Shown: positions 46,487 through 55,170 of the stretch, piece after piece
Position numbering within the stretch: position 1 is the stretch's first letter
Layout: each line of letters starts with the position of its first letter
DNA from: an uncultured Candidatus Binatia bacterium
GTDB taxonomy: Bacteria > Desulfobacterota > Binatia > UBA9968 > JAJDTQ01
Direction of reading: 5' to 3'
NCBI GenBank assembly: GCA_965215605.1
Contig: OZ244070.1
Coordinates: 1,696,001-1,760,000 of the forward strand
Length of the DNA: 64,000 bases
Made by a program: the position numbers and the translations under genes
The notes under the pieces: model-generated
The model's database searches: none
Told to the model about the DNA's origin: nothing
What the model saw: only the letters and a program-made list of their open reading frames with translations

Positions 46487-47842
46487 TTATCGCCGCTCGC
46501 GAAAGCCATGCGTATGGCTGCCGAGCACAGTGGTCCACTGAAGGTAGAACTGAGAGCCGTCGTTCCCCGATGCCGCTCCGCCGACGTCATCCCGACCGTG
46601 GGTATACTGCAGACGCAGACGGTTGAACTCGCTGGGCGACCAGGAAATGTAAGGCGACACACCCTGCGTCTTGTTGGTGGGATTCTCCAGGTCGGGCGCG
46701 GTATCGAGCATCAGCCCGAGACTCCAACGGCCCTGAATCTCCGGATTCAGATTCCACTCCGCGTAGGCATAGCCGCCTTCGGCGGTGATCCGCCCCAAGT
46801 CATGGAACGTCTGGCGATTGGTGAACCACTCGCCCGCGAGCGTGAGCCCTTCATAGAAACCCGCAACCAGAGGCCGGTGCCGGAGTGTCATGTCGAAACC
46901 GAGCAGAGAGCGCTCGCTCCGTTCCGCTTCCATCTCCATCCTTGGCGTGAACGCCAACGAGGAACCCACTTCGAGGTTCCAGGTCTCGCTCAGGTCGAAA
47001 AAGGTATGCACCCGGCCCAGGTAGGTCATGTGGCTGAGGAAGCGCTTGCTTCCGGAGGCGTCCTCATCCTCATGTTCATCCTCATGTTCATCCTCGTGCT
47101 CCTCACCTTCATCCTCACCTTCATCCTCACCTTCCTCTTCGTGCTCCTCATGCTCCTCGCCCTCTGCCTCGTGGCCGTGCGCGTGGGCATGGCCGATTTC
47201 GTTGAACACGCCACCCGTGACGGCCAGGTAGAACGGTGTCGGGAAGAGATAGCGCGATTGGACGCCGGTGCCCAAGGCCTCCCCGCCCACCATGCGGGTA
47301 AGAGACAACGGCGCATTGACGAACGGAAGCTCGTGCTGATGAAACTGCCCCAGACGGCCGAAATCCGCGAAGAACCGCCCGGCGGTGAAGTTGACGGGCA
47401 GAGCGGTGGTTTGCACGGCCGCCTCTTCGATCTCGACCCCGTCTTCCGAGCCGGTGATGAACGTATAGGCCCTGGCGTACGGATCTATTTCAGCCGACAG
47501 TCCGACCTCCAGCGTCCGGAACCTGAACTCTCCGTCGCTGTCACCCCGGTGTTCGAAAGTGGTGTCGATGGAAGCTCCGATGGAAGGATTCAGGATCGAA
47601 GGGCTCTTCTGAATCGATTTCACCGATTGCTCCACCGAATCCACACGGGCGGCCTCCGCCTTCTTCTGCTCAAGGTCGTCGATGCGCTTCATCAGCCGGC
47701 CCATCTCCTCCTGCATCGCCTGCAGTTGCTTCTTGAGCGCGTCCACCGGCTCTTCCGCCCCCGCGGGCGCCACCAACCCGCAGGACAGCAAGAGCGCGAA
47801 GCACCCGGCAAACAACCTCTCCCTCACGAAAACCCGTCCCAT
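46487..47842 (-). CDS. Putative outer-membrane beta-barrel metal-uptake protein with a His/Glu-rich loop
   Basis: Signal peptide, coiled coil, NPSIG, SEFNRLRLQY, LGSHTHGF and a HAHAHGHE...EHEDEHED tract. Confidence 0.75.
   Translation of the reverse strand: MGRVFVRERLFAGCFALLLSCGLVAPAGAEEPVDALKKQLQAMQEEMGRLMKRIDDLEQKKAEAARVDSVEQSVKSIQKSPSILNPSIGASIDTTFEHRGDSDGEFRFRTLEVGLSAEIDPYARAYTFITGSEDGVEIEEAAVQTTALPVNFTAGRFFADFGRLGQFHQHELPFVNAPLSLTRMVGGEALGTGVQSRYLFPTPFYLAVTGGVFNEIGHAHAHGHEAEGEEHEEHEEEGEDEGEDEGEEHEDEHEDEHEDEDASGSKRFLSHMTYLGRVHTFFDLSETWNLEVGSSLAFTPRMEMEAERSERSLLGFDMTLRHRPLVAGFYEGLTLAGEWFTNRQTFHDLGRITAEGGYAYAEWNLNPEIQGRWSLGLMLDTAPDLENPTNKTQGVSPYISWSPSEFNRLRLQYTHGRDDVGGAASGNDGSQFYLQWTTVLGSHTHGFRERR
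47060..47190. repeat. 12-bp coding tandem repeats forming the His/Glu/Asp-rich tract
   Basis: Units ttcatcctcatg and ttcatcctcacc repeated. Confidence 0.75.
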
Positions 47843-47886
47843 CAGCGTCTCCTTTCCGCGTACAGAGCTCGATACCCGACACTTTT

Positions 47887-47911
47887 TAATAATGAGTTAT
47901 CAATTAGTCAA
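47887..47911 (-). promoter_or_regulatory. Candidate Fur/Zur-family operator overlapping a TTGACT -35
   Basis: Minus strand TTGACTAATTGATAACTCATTATTA in an AT-rich divergent region. Confidence 0.55.
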
Positions 47912-48116
47912 CCCTTATAACTTCGTAAATATAGTATTTGGTGACAAGCTGTGCTTGTTACTAGTAGAAGTATATCAATATACTGGCAGGTCTGGATGGG
48001 TGTGGCCGAAAGGACCTCCTGCTTTGCATGTCCGAAGCGCAGTGGTGTATAATCGGTGACCGATTATTCAGGAAGAGGACGGAGCGCACCGCCCGCGGCA
48101 GGATCGGGAGACTCCC

Positions 48117-48551
48117 ATGACCGACGAAAAACGCCACGCCGAAGAAGCCGCTTCCCAGCATCGCCCCCGCGCCAAACGGCGGACACGGCAACGAAGCGTT
48201 ATCCAGCGGGTGCTGCTGGAAGCCAACCGGCCGCTCAGCCCCCACGACATCCTCCAGGCCGCGCAGGCCACGGCGCCCGGACTGGGCATCGCCACCGTCT
48301 ACCGCGCGATCCACACCATGATCACCGAGGGCCTGCTCGTCGCCGTGGAAATACCCGGGGAGGCTCCCCGTTACGAGACCGCGGGAAAGGAACACCACCA
48401 TCACTTCCAGTGCCGGACCTGCGACGACATCTTCGACATCCAGGGTTGCCCGCCGGCCATCCAACAACTCGCCCCCAAGGGTTTCCGGCTCGAAGGCCAC
48501 CAGGTCGTGCTCTACGGCGTGTGCCCTCCGTGCACGGGAATGCCCGCGTAG
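48117..48551 (+). CDS. Fur-family regulator (Zur-like)
   Basis: TRQR, GIATVYR, HHHHFQCRTC and C-terminal CPPC. Divergent from the metal uptake operon. Confidence 0.88.
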   Translation: MTDEKRHAEEAASQHRPRAKRRTRQRSVIQRVLLEANRPLSPHDILQAAQATAPGLGIATVYRAIHTMITEGLLVAVEIPGEAPRYETAGKEHHHHFQCRTCDDIFDIQGCPPAIQQLAPKGFRLEGHQVVLYGVCPPCTGMPA

Positions 48552-48688
48552 ACGGACTTGCGTTTCCCCATACGATGACGTATCGCGGAAGTGGGTCTTG
48601 CGACCCGCTCACTCGCTTTGCCTTCGCGGCACCGGCCCTTGGCACGTCAAGGCCAGCCGTGCCGTGAACGCCGCCACAGGAGACCGAT

Positions 48689-49165
48689 ATGAGCGCCCTG
48701 CGCATCGAACAGGAAGGAATGCCGGCACAGGAGCTGGATTTCCGGCAACTCGCGGAGCTGGACGGCCAGATCGCCGACGTCGGCGCACTGATCCCGGGCC
48801 GGGTCGGCGGCGCGGTGACGCTGAAGGCCATCCTCGACCGGCTGAATCCGGGCTCGGAGCTCGACTACCTGACGGTGGAGTCCACCGACGGCGGCTTCGC
48901 CGCCAGCGTGCCGCTGGAGGCGCTGGGCCACGCGGTCATCGCCTACCGCGTCGGCGACGAGCCGCTGCCCCGGGACAAGGGCGGGCCGTTGCGGCTCCTG
49001 ATCCCCGACGACGAGGGCTGCGCCACCGGCGGCGCCGACGCCTGCGCCAACGTGAAGTTCGTGGGCACGCTGCGCTTGACCAAGGGGAAGGGCAAGGATA
49101 CGCGGCCGGAGACGCCCAGACAGCATGCAAGGCTGCACGAGGAGGAAGGGGAAGGGGGACGCTAA
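48689..49165 (+). CDS. Oxidoreductase molybdopterin-binding-domain-like small protein
   Basis: STDGGF, GGPLRLLIP and NVKFV pattern. Confidence 0.65.
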   Translation: MSALRIEQEGMPAQELDFRQLAELDGQIADVGALIPGRVGGAVTLKAILDRLNPGSELDYLTVESTDGGFAASVPLEALGHAVIAYRVGDEPLPRDKGGPLRLLIPDDEGCATGGADACANVKFVGTLRLTKGKGKDTRPETPRQHARLHEEEGEGGR

Positions 49166-49203
49166 CCCCGCATCTTCCCGGAATCGAACGGAAAGGACAC
49201 TGA

Positions 49204-50340
49204 ATGGCGTCACTCAAGGACAAGTACGCGATCGTGGGCGTGGGACACTCGGCGCTGGGGAAAGTGCCCGAGCTGAGCGACTACGGCCTGCAGGTGATGG
49301 CGGTGAAGGCCGCCCTGGACGACGCCGGCCTCACGAAGAACGACGTCGACGCGGTGATCACCCACAGCCACCTGCTGGGAGCGGTGCGGGTGCATCACCA
49401 GAACCTGTCCGAGCGGCTGGGCATCGATACCGCCTTCGGCGTGTCGCTGTCGGCTGGCGGGGCGACGTCGTGCCTCATGGTGCAGGTGGCGGCCGCGGCC
49501 ATCGAGGCGGGCTTCTGCGAGACCGTGCTGTGCGTGCACGGCGACAAGGGCGCCACCCGCAAGACCCCCGGGCGGGGCGAAGGCGGCGGCGAGTTCGGTC
49601 CGGAGTACGGCCTATACGGTGCCGCCGGACAGCACGCCTTCGGCCTCACCCGGCACATGCACGAGTACGGCACCACCCACGACCACATGGGCGCCATCGC
49701 CGTGGCCTGCCGCAAGCACGCGCAACTGAACCCCGTGGCCGCTATGCAGGCCGACATGACCCTCGAGGACTACCACAACTCGCGCTGGATCGTGTGGCCG
49801 TTCCACCTGTTCGACTGCTGCCTGCGGAGCGACGGCGCCGCCGCGGTCATCGTCACCTCGGCGGAGCGCGCCAAAGACATGAAGCAGAAGCCAATCCACG
49901 TCATGGGCATGGGCCGCGCCAACAACTCCCGCGGCTACATCCACGGCGACCACATGACCGAGCTGGGCGCCAAGGAGTCGGGCGCCCAGGCCTTCGCCAT
50001 GGCCGGCATCGGGCCCAAGGACATCGACACCGCGCAGATCTACGACTGCTTCACCTACATCCTCATGGCCACCCTGGAGGACTACGGCTTCTGCAAGAAG
50101 GGCGAGGGCGGACCGTTCGTGAGCGACGGCCGCATCGAGCTGGGCGGAGAGCTGCCCACCAACACCTCGGGCGGCATGCTGTCCGAGTGCTACATCGAGG
50201 GCATGCTCCAGATCGTCGAAGGGGTACGGCAGTTGCGGGGCGAATGCGGCCCGCGCCAGGTCAAGGACGCCGAGACCGCCATCATCAGCGGCAACGGCGG
50301 CAACGCCGTGTGCCACTCGACGCTGATATTGAGGAACTAG
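49204..50340 (+). CDS. SCP-x/Ltp2-type thiolase-superfamily protein
   Basis: AIVGVG, DCCLRSDGAAA, IYDCFT, NTSGGMLSE and EGVRQLRG. Confidence 0.85.
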   Translation: MASLKDKYAIVGVGHSALGKVPELSDYGLQVMAVKAALDDAGLTKNDVDAVITHSHLLGAVRVHHQNLSERLGIDTAFGVSLSAGGATSCLMVQVAAAAIEAGFCETVLCVHGDKGATRKTPGRGEGGGEFGPEYGLYGAAGQHAFGLTRHMHEYGTTHDHMGAIAVACRKHAQLNPVAAMQADMTLEDYHNSRWIVWPFHLFDCCLRSDGAAAVIVTSAERAKDMKQKPIHVMGMGRANNSRGYIHGDHMTELGAKESGAQAFAMAGIGPKDIDTAQIYDCFTYILMATLEDYGFCKKGEGGPFVSDGRIELGGELPTNTSGGMLSECYIEGMLQIVEGVRQLRGECGPRQVKDAETAIISGNGGNAVCHSTLILRN

Positions 50341-50389
50341 CGGGCGGGTTGAAGCCCCGTGACGCGTTCAGGACAACCAGGAGACCGCC

Positions 50390-50797
50390 GTGAGCGACTA
50401 CGCCAAACCGATCCCGACCCCGTCCGAGGATTCCGTTCCCTTCTGGGAGGCCGCCAAGGGCCACGAGCTCAAGCTGCAGCAGTGCGGGGCCTGCAACGCC
50501 TTCCGGTTCCCGCCGGCCGAGGTGTGCTCCGAGTGCACCTCCGACGCCTACGAGTGGAAGCCCGTATCCGGCAAGGGCCGGGTGTTCTCCTTCGTCATCT
50601 ACCACCGCGCCTACCACCCCGGGTTCAAGGAGGAGCTTCCCTACGTGGTGGCGGTCATCGAGCTCGACGAGGGGCCGCGCATGCTCTCCAACGTCATGGG
50701 CTGCAAGCCCGAGGAGGTCCGCTGCGACATGCCGGTGGAGGTGGCCTTCGAGGACATCACCGACGAGATGACCCTGCCGAAGTTCCGGCCGGCCTGA
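50390..50797 (+). CDS. DUF35 Zn-ribbon/OB-fold partner protein
   Basis: PFWEAA, CGAC, CSEC, SGKGRVFSF and ELDEGPR. Confidence 0.88.
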   Translation: MSDYAKPIPTPSEDSVPFWEAAKGHELKLQQCGACNAFRFPPAEVCSECTSDAYEWKPVSGKGRVFSFVIYHRAYHPGFKEELPYVVAVIELDEGPRMLSNVMGCKPEEVRCDMPVEVAFEDITDEMTLPKFRPA

Positions 50798-50806
50798 GGA
50801 CGCGCC

Positions 50807-52222
50807 ATGTCATACCGTGACCTGAGAGAATGGCTCGAGCAGGTGGACGCCATGGGCGAGTTGCGCCGGATTCCGGGCTGCGACTGGAACCTGGAGATCG
50901 GCGCCCTGGCCGAGGTGGCGGGACGCGGGCAGGACGCCTCCGCGTTGCTGTTCGACAACATCAAGGACTACCCCGAAGGGCACCGGGTGCTGGTGGGCAT
51001 GGTGGAATCCCTCAAACGCGCCGCCCTCACCACCAACCTGCCCACGGACATCACCCGCAACGAATTCATCGCCGCCTGGAAGGAACGCCTCAACAACCCC
51101 AAGCTGATCCCGCCGGAGTACGTGGACGAGAGCCCGCTCTACGAAAACGTGTTCACCGGCAACGCCATCGACGTGCTCAAACTGCCGGTGCCCAAGTGGC
51201 ACGACGAGGACGGCGGCCGCTACATCGGCACCGCCCACGTGGTCATGACCCAGGATCCTGACGAGGGCTGGGTGAACATGGGCACCTACCGCACCATGGT
51301 CCACGAAAAGGACCGCCTGGCGGTCTACATCTCGCCGGGCAAGCACGGCCGCATCCACCGCCAGAAGGCCTTCGACCGGAACAAGCCCCTCAAGGTGGCC
51401 ATCTCATTCGGCCAGGACCCGCTGCTGTTCCTGCTGTCCTCGCGGCAGATCCCTTGGGGCGAGCAGGAGCTGGACTACGCCGGCGGCATCAAGGGCGCGC
51501 CCATCGACGTCATCCGCGGCGAGTTCACCGGCCTGCCGATTCCCGCCCACGCCGAGATCGCCATCGAGGGCGAGATCATGCCCGACGAGACCCGGGACGA
51601 GGGCCCCTTCGGCGAGTGGCCCGGCTACTACGCCAGCGGCTCGCGCCAGGAACCGGTGGTGCACGTCAAGAGCCTGATGTACCGAAACAACCCCATCCTC
51701 ACCGGCTCGCCGCCGTTCCGGCCGCTGCCCGGTGCCGACGGCTGCACCTCGCTGATACGGGCCGCGTTCATCTGGGATTCCATGGAGAAAGCCGGCGTCC
51801 CCGACGTCACCGGCGTTGCCTGCTACCAGAACCGCTTCTTCACCGCCGTCTCCATCCGCCAGCGCTACCCCGGCCACGCCAAGCAGGCCGCCATCATCGC
51901 CAGCCAGAACCACACCGGCGCCTACCTCGGCCGCTACGTCGTTGTGGTGGACGACGACATCGACGTCGCCGACCTGAACGACGTCGTGTGGGCCATGTGT
52001 ACCCGCTGCAACCCCGCCGACTCCATCGACATCCTGCGCCGCACCTGGAGCGGCCCCCTCGACCCCATCATCCCCCGGGACCAGAAAGGCCACAACTCCC
52101 GCGCCATCATCGACGCCTGCCGCCCCTACGAATGGATCAAGGACTTCCCGCCCGTGTCCGGAGCGAGCCCGGAGCTGAAGGAGCAGGTGCTGGAGAAGTA
52201 TGGGGGGTATCTGAAGGGGTGA
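50807..52222 (+). CDS. UbiD-family prFMN-dependent (de)carboxylase
   Basis: DLREWL, LLFDNI, DGGRYI, NMGTYR, EGPFGEWPGYY and VDDDID. Confidence 0.9.
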   Translation: MSYRDLREWLEQVDAMGELRRIPGCDWNLEIGALAEVAGRGQDASALLFDNIKDYPEGHRVLVGMVESLKRAALTTNLPTDITRNEFIAAWKERLNNPKLIPPEYVDESPLYENVFTGNAIDVLKLPVPKWHDEDGGRYIGTAHVVMTQDPDEGWVNMGTYRTMVHEKDRLAVYISPGKHGRIHRQKAFDRNKPLKVAISFGQDPLLFLLSSRQIPWGEQELDYAGGIKGAPIDVIRGEFTGLPIPAHAEIAIEGEIMPDETRDEGPFGEWPGYYASGSRQEPVVHVKSLMYRNNPILTGSPPFRPLPGADGCTSLIRAAFIWDSMEKAGVPDVTGVACYQNRFFTAVSIRQRYPGHAKQAAIIASQNHTGAYLGRYVVVVDDDIDVADLNDVVWAMCTRCNPADSIDILRRTWSGPLDPIIPRDQKGHNSRAIIDACRPYEWIKDFPPVSGASPELKEQVLEKYGGYLKG

Positions 52223-52258
52223 GGGGGAGCCCGAAGCCGCCGCGCACGGTTCCCGAGT

Positions 52259-52492
52259 TCACGAAGCGAATCTGAAGACCTGCACGGAGAGGGATCGGAC
52301 CGCCTTTCCCTCGCCGTGAACCATCAGGCGAACTTTCTCCGCCGTTTCGCGACTGAAGGTTTGTTCGCCACACTGGCCGCACACCACGGCGGGAATGCCG
52401 TCTACCATGACGTACTGCCCGTCGATACAGAACATCTCGTCAACCAACTCTTCTCGGGTCTCTCCCCCGCGACAGACATCACACTTGGGCAT
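52259..52492 (-). CDS. YgiT-type (MqsA N-terminal-like) zinc finger protein, putative antitoxin
   Basis: CDVC...IPAVVCGQCGE. GGAGG RBS. Immediately downstream of the DUF4258 gene. Confidence 0.8.
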   Translation of the reverse strand: MPKCDVCRGGETREELVDEMFCIDGQYVMVDGIPAVVCGQCGEQTFSRETAEKVRLMVHGEGKAVRSLSVQVFRFAS

Positions 52493-52493
52493 G

Positions 52494-52802
52494 TCATCTC
52501 CTCCTGGAGTAATTGACCCACTCTTCCTCGCTAGGCTCATAGAGTGTGATGATCCTCAATGACTCGCCGTCGGCCAACGAAACCTGAATGTGCAGCGGCC
52601 TCCCCATTCGCGTAAAGCCCAAAAGGAGGCAGCTCGGAGAGTACTTGTCATCAGGGTACTCTTCAATCACGTTTGCCCGCCTTCCGGCTTCGCGTATTTC
52701 CCGCTCACTGATGTTTCTTTCAACCAAGCGCCTGAACGCATGGCGGGTTACGACATAGTCACCCGAAAAGAGTTGCCTACGGACTTGATCAATCGTCTTC
52801 AC
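52494..52802 (-). CDS. DUF4258-family protein, putative RNase toxin
   Basis: TRHA..R..ERNI, IEEYPDDKYSPSCLLLG, RPLH and IITLYEP. Confidence 0.82.
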   Translation of the reverse strand: MKTIDQVRRQLFSGDYVVTRHAFRRLVERNISEREIREAGRRANVIEEYPDDKYSPSCLLLGFTRMGRPLHIQVSLADGESLRIITLYEPSEEEWVNYSRRR

Positions 52803-52977
52803 ACCGACACTGCCCCATCACATGCAAGCTCGCCTCAGGGCCTTGCCCAAGAATGACTGGCGCATGTTCAATGCCTACCCCTCACGGTACTCTCCGTCGA
52901 CGCAAACGGCAATATGTCTGTATCTGTAGATGCGGGCGTTGGCTTCCGCAAGGTCACTCACTGCGAAGGTCGTAGGT

Positions 52978-53012
52978 CTTGTAAAATAGAAGTAGCCTTC
53001 TAAATTGCAAGG
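52978..53012 (+). promoter_or_regulatory. Palindromic operator / leaderless promoter candidate
   Basis: CTTGTAAAATAGAAG-tagc-CTTCTAAATTGCAAG (12/15 inverted match). Contains TTGTAA-N16-TAAATT ending 6 nt before the ATG. Confidence 0.65.
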
Positions 53013-53285
53013 ATGCTCACTCGAACAATCCTACCCCTCCTGTGTGCCCGTCTGGAGGACTATCCTGCCGTCGCCCTCGTCGGCCCCCGACAATGCGGCA
53101 AGACGACTTTGGCCCTCTCGCTGGGCGGCCGATACTTCGACCTCGAACAGGAGACCGACCGGCTTCGACTGGATCTTGCTTGGGAGGAGGCCACTGCTGG
53201 ACACGATCTCGTCGTTTTGGACGAGGCTCAGGCTTGGCCCGCTGTTTTTCCGCGGCTACGAGGCGCCATTGATGCAGACCGAAGA

Positions 53286-53398
53286 CGGAACGCGCGTTTC
53301 CTCCTGCTCGGGCCGGTCGTTCCGTACCTGACGCGCCTCATCGTCTTGTCCCCCCGCGGAACGCGCGTTTCCTCCTGCTCGGGCCGGTCGTTCCGTAC
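53286..53398. repeat. Two exact 42-bp direct repeats separated by 29 bp
   Basis: cggaacgcgcgtttcctcctgctcgggccggtcgttccgtac at 53286 and 53357. Confidence 0.9.
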
Positions 53399-54088
53399 AC
53401 GCTCTCGGATGTCAGCACGCCTTTCACATCACTGTCGCGAAGCCTGGCGACTCAAGTCTCCGAGTCCCTCGCCGGCAGGCTGTCGGTCATCGAGCTCACC
53501 CCCCTGCTGTGGTCCGAACTGACCAGCGACCGGCAGCGTCAACGGCTTTGGCTCTTCGGCGGCTATCCCGACGGCGGTGTCCTGAATGGCAAGAGGTTCC
53601 CGGTCTGGCAAGGGGATTACCTCAACCTGCTGGCTCAACGGGACCTTCCCACCTGGGGTCTGACCGCGCGCCCGCAGACGACCCAACGGCTGTTGCGAAT
53701 GCTCGCGACCGTGCACGGTCAGGAGTGGAACGCCAGCCAGATCGGAAAGAGCCTGGGGCTCTCCTACCATACGGTCAACGATTACCTCGACTACCTGGAA
53801 GGCGCGTTTCTGGTCCGCCGCCTGCCCGCGTACCACGCCAACATACGCAAGCGCCTGGTGAAACGGCCCAAGGTTTACTGGCGGGACACGGGCCTGCTCC
53901 ACGCGCTGCTGAACACGAGTGACCGGGACACCCTCCTGAGCCAGCCCTGGGTGGGCGCCAGCTGGGAAGGGTTCGTCATCAACCAGGTGCTGGGCGCACT
54001 GCAGTGCTCCGGCCGGCGCTTCGACCCCTATCATCTCCGCACCAGCGACCAGCGCGAAATCGACCTCCTGGTGCAAGTCGACTCCGAG

Positions 54089-54130
54089 CTTTGGGCGCTC
54101 GAAATCAAGCTTTGGGCGCTCGAAATCAAG
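54089..54130. repeat. In-frame 21-bp tandem duplication (LWALEIK x2)
   Basis: ctttgggcgctcgaaatcaag occurs twice in tandem. Confidence 0.9.
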
Positions 54131-54376
54131 CTCACCACCCGCCCCGGCCCCGAAGACCTCGCCCGGCTCAACGCCAACGCCGACCTGGTGGGCGCACACC
54201 GACGATTTCTCGTGTGTCAAGGCAGGGAGTACCTGGAACAGGGTCCGCAGGTGGTGTGCGACTTGGAGGGGATGCTGGCGCGTATTGACGGTTAGGCTTA
54301 CGAACGCGTCATTCCCGTGGAACAGGCTGTGTCAAAACGTCGCCCGGACAAGAATTGGCACCGACCCCCCCAAGCC

Positions 54377-54401
54377 GTCATTCCCGCGGAAGCGGGAATC
54401 C
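54377..54401. repeat. REP-like family A copy, opposite orientation; partial copy at 54308
   Basis: GTCATTCCCGCGGAAGCGGGAATCC. Confidence 0.85.
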
Positions 54402-54420
54402 AGGGGTGGGGAGGCGGGGA

Positions 54421-55086
54421 TCAAGTTGGCGGCAACCGGAAAACGCCCGTCTCGGCATCCGCAGTCCACAACTCACCCGTATCGATGTCGAACCACCAGC
54501 CGTGCAGCGTGAGAGCGCCGCTTTCCACCCGATCCTGAATCCACGCATAGGACCGGAGGTTTGCCAATGACCTGAGCACCGATCGCTGCTCGGCCGCAGT
54601 CGCCGTTTCCGCGTCCGTGCGCTCGCCCTCGGAACCCTCCGCCAGCACCTCCCGGCAGGCTCCGCCCGCCAGCGCCACCCACGGCCCCAGGCACTCGAAC
54701 GGCGGCGGTGCCTGCCCTCGCGCCGCATCCATCGCCGCCTTGATCCCCCCGCAATGGGAATGCCCACACACCACCACGTGCGAGACCCCGAGCGCCTTGA
54801 CCCCGTACTCCACCGCCGCCATCACTGCGTACGCGGTCGCGTCGCCCGGATGTCGAGGGGACACGAGGTTGGCGACGACGCGAACCACGAAGATGTCTCC
54901 GGGGCGCGCACCAAAGATCAACGCCGGGTCCACGCGGGAGTCGCTGCAGGCAATGATCAGGACATCCGGTTCCTGGCCTTGCGACAGGCGCGCCATGAGG
55001 GAGCGATCGCCTTCGTACTCGGTCTCATGGAAACGGATGGCACCCTTGAGGAGCGCGGAATAGCTGTCGGTCTGATCGTTGGTCAC
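54421..55086 (-). CDS. Beta-class carbonic anhydrase
   Basis: CSDSRV, PGDIFVVR.VAN, VEYGV, GHSHCGG and HGWWFDI. Confidence 0.92.
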   Translation of the reverse strand: MTNDQTDSYSALLKGAIRFHETEYEGDRSLMARLSQGQEPDVLIIACSDSRVDPALIFGARPGDIFVVRVVANLVSPRHPGDATAYAVMAAVEYGVKALGVSHVVVCGHSHCGGIKAAMDAARGQAPPPFECLGPWVALAGGACREVLAEGSEGERTDAETATAAEQRSVLRSLANLRSYAWIQDRVESGALTLHGWWFDIDTGELWTADAETGVFRLPPT

Positions 55087-55170
55087 GGCGTCATCCCCTA
55101 CCGATTGTCGGCCTCACGTATGCAATGGTATTCTCGAAAACGACCTATCAACTTGGCCACGGGTTAAGCC

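Larger units (their letters stand above)
53013..54295 (+). pseudogene. AAA+ (AAA_14)/DUF4143 ATPase, frameshifted
   Basis: GPRQCGKTT and LDEAQ lie in one frame; SESLAGR, GGYP, RDTGLLH and EID..EIK lie in another. The shift is caused by a 71-bp repeat-bounded segment. Confidence 0.8.

Noticed and set aside
53286-53433. Repeat-spacer-repeat pattern resembling a mini CRISPR array
   Set aside because: Only two copies, the repeat is mostly ATPase coding sequence (RNARFLLLG), and there are no cas genes or leader.
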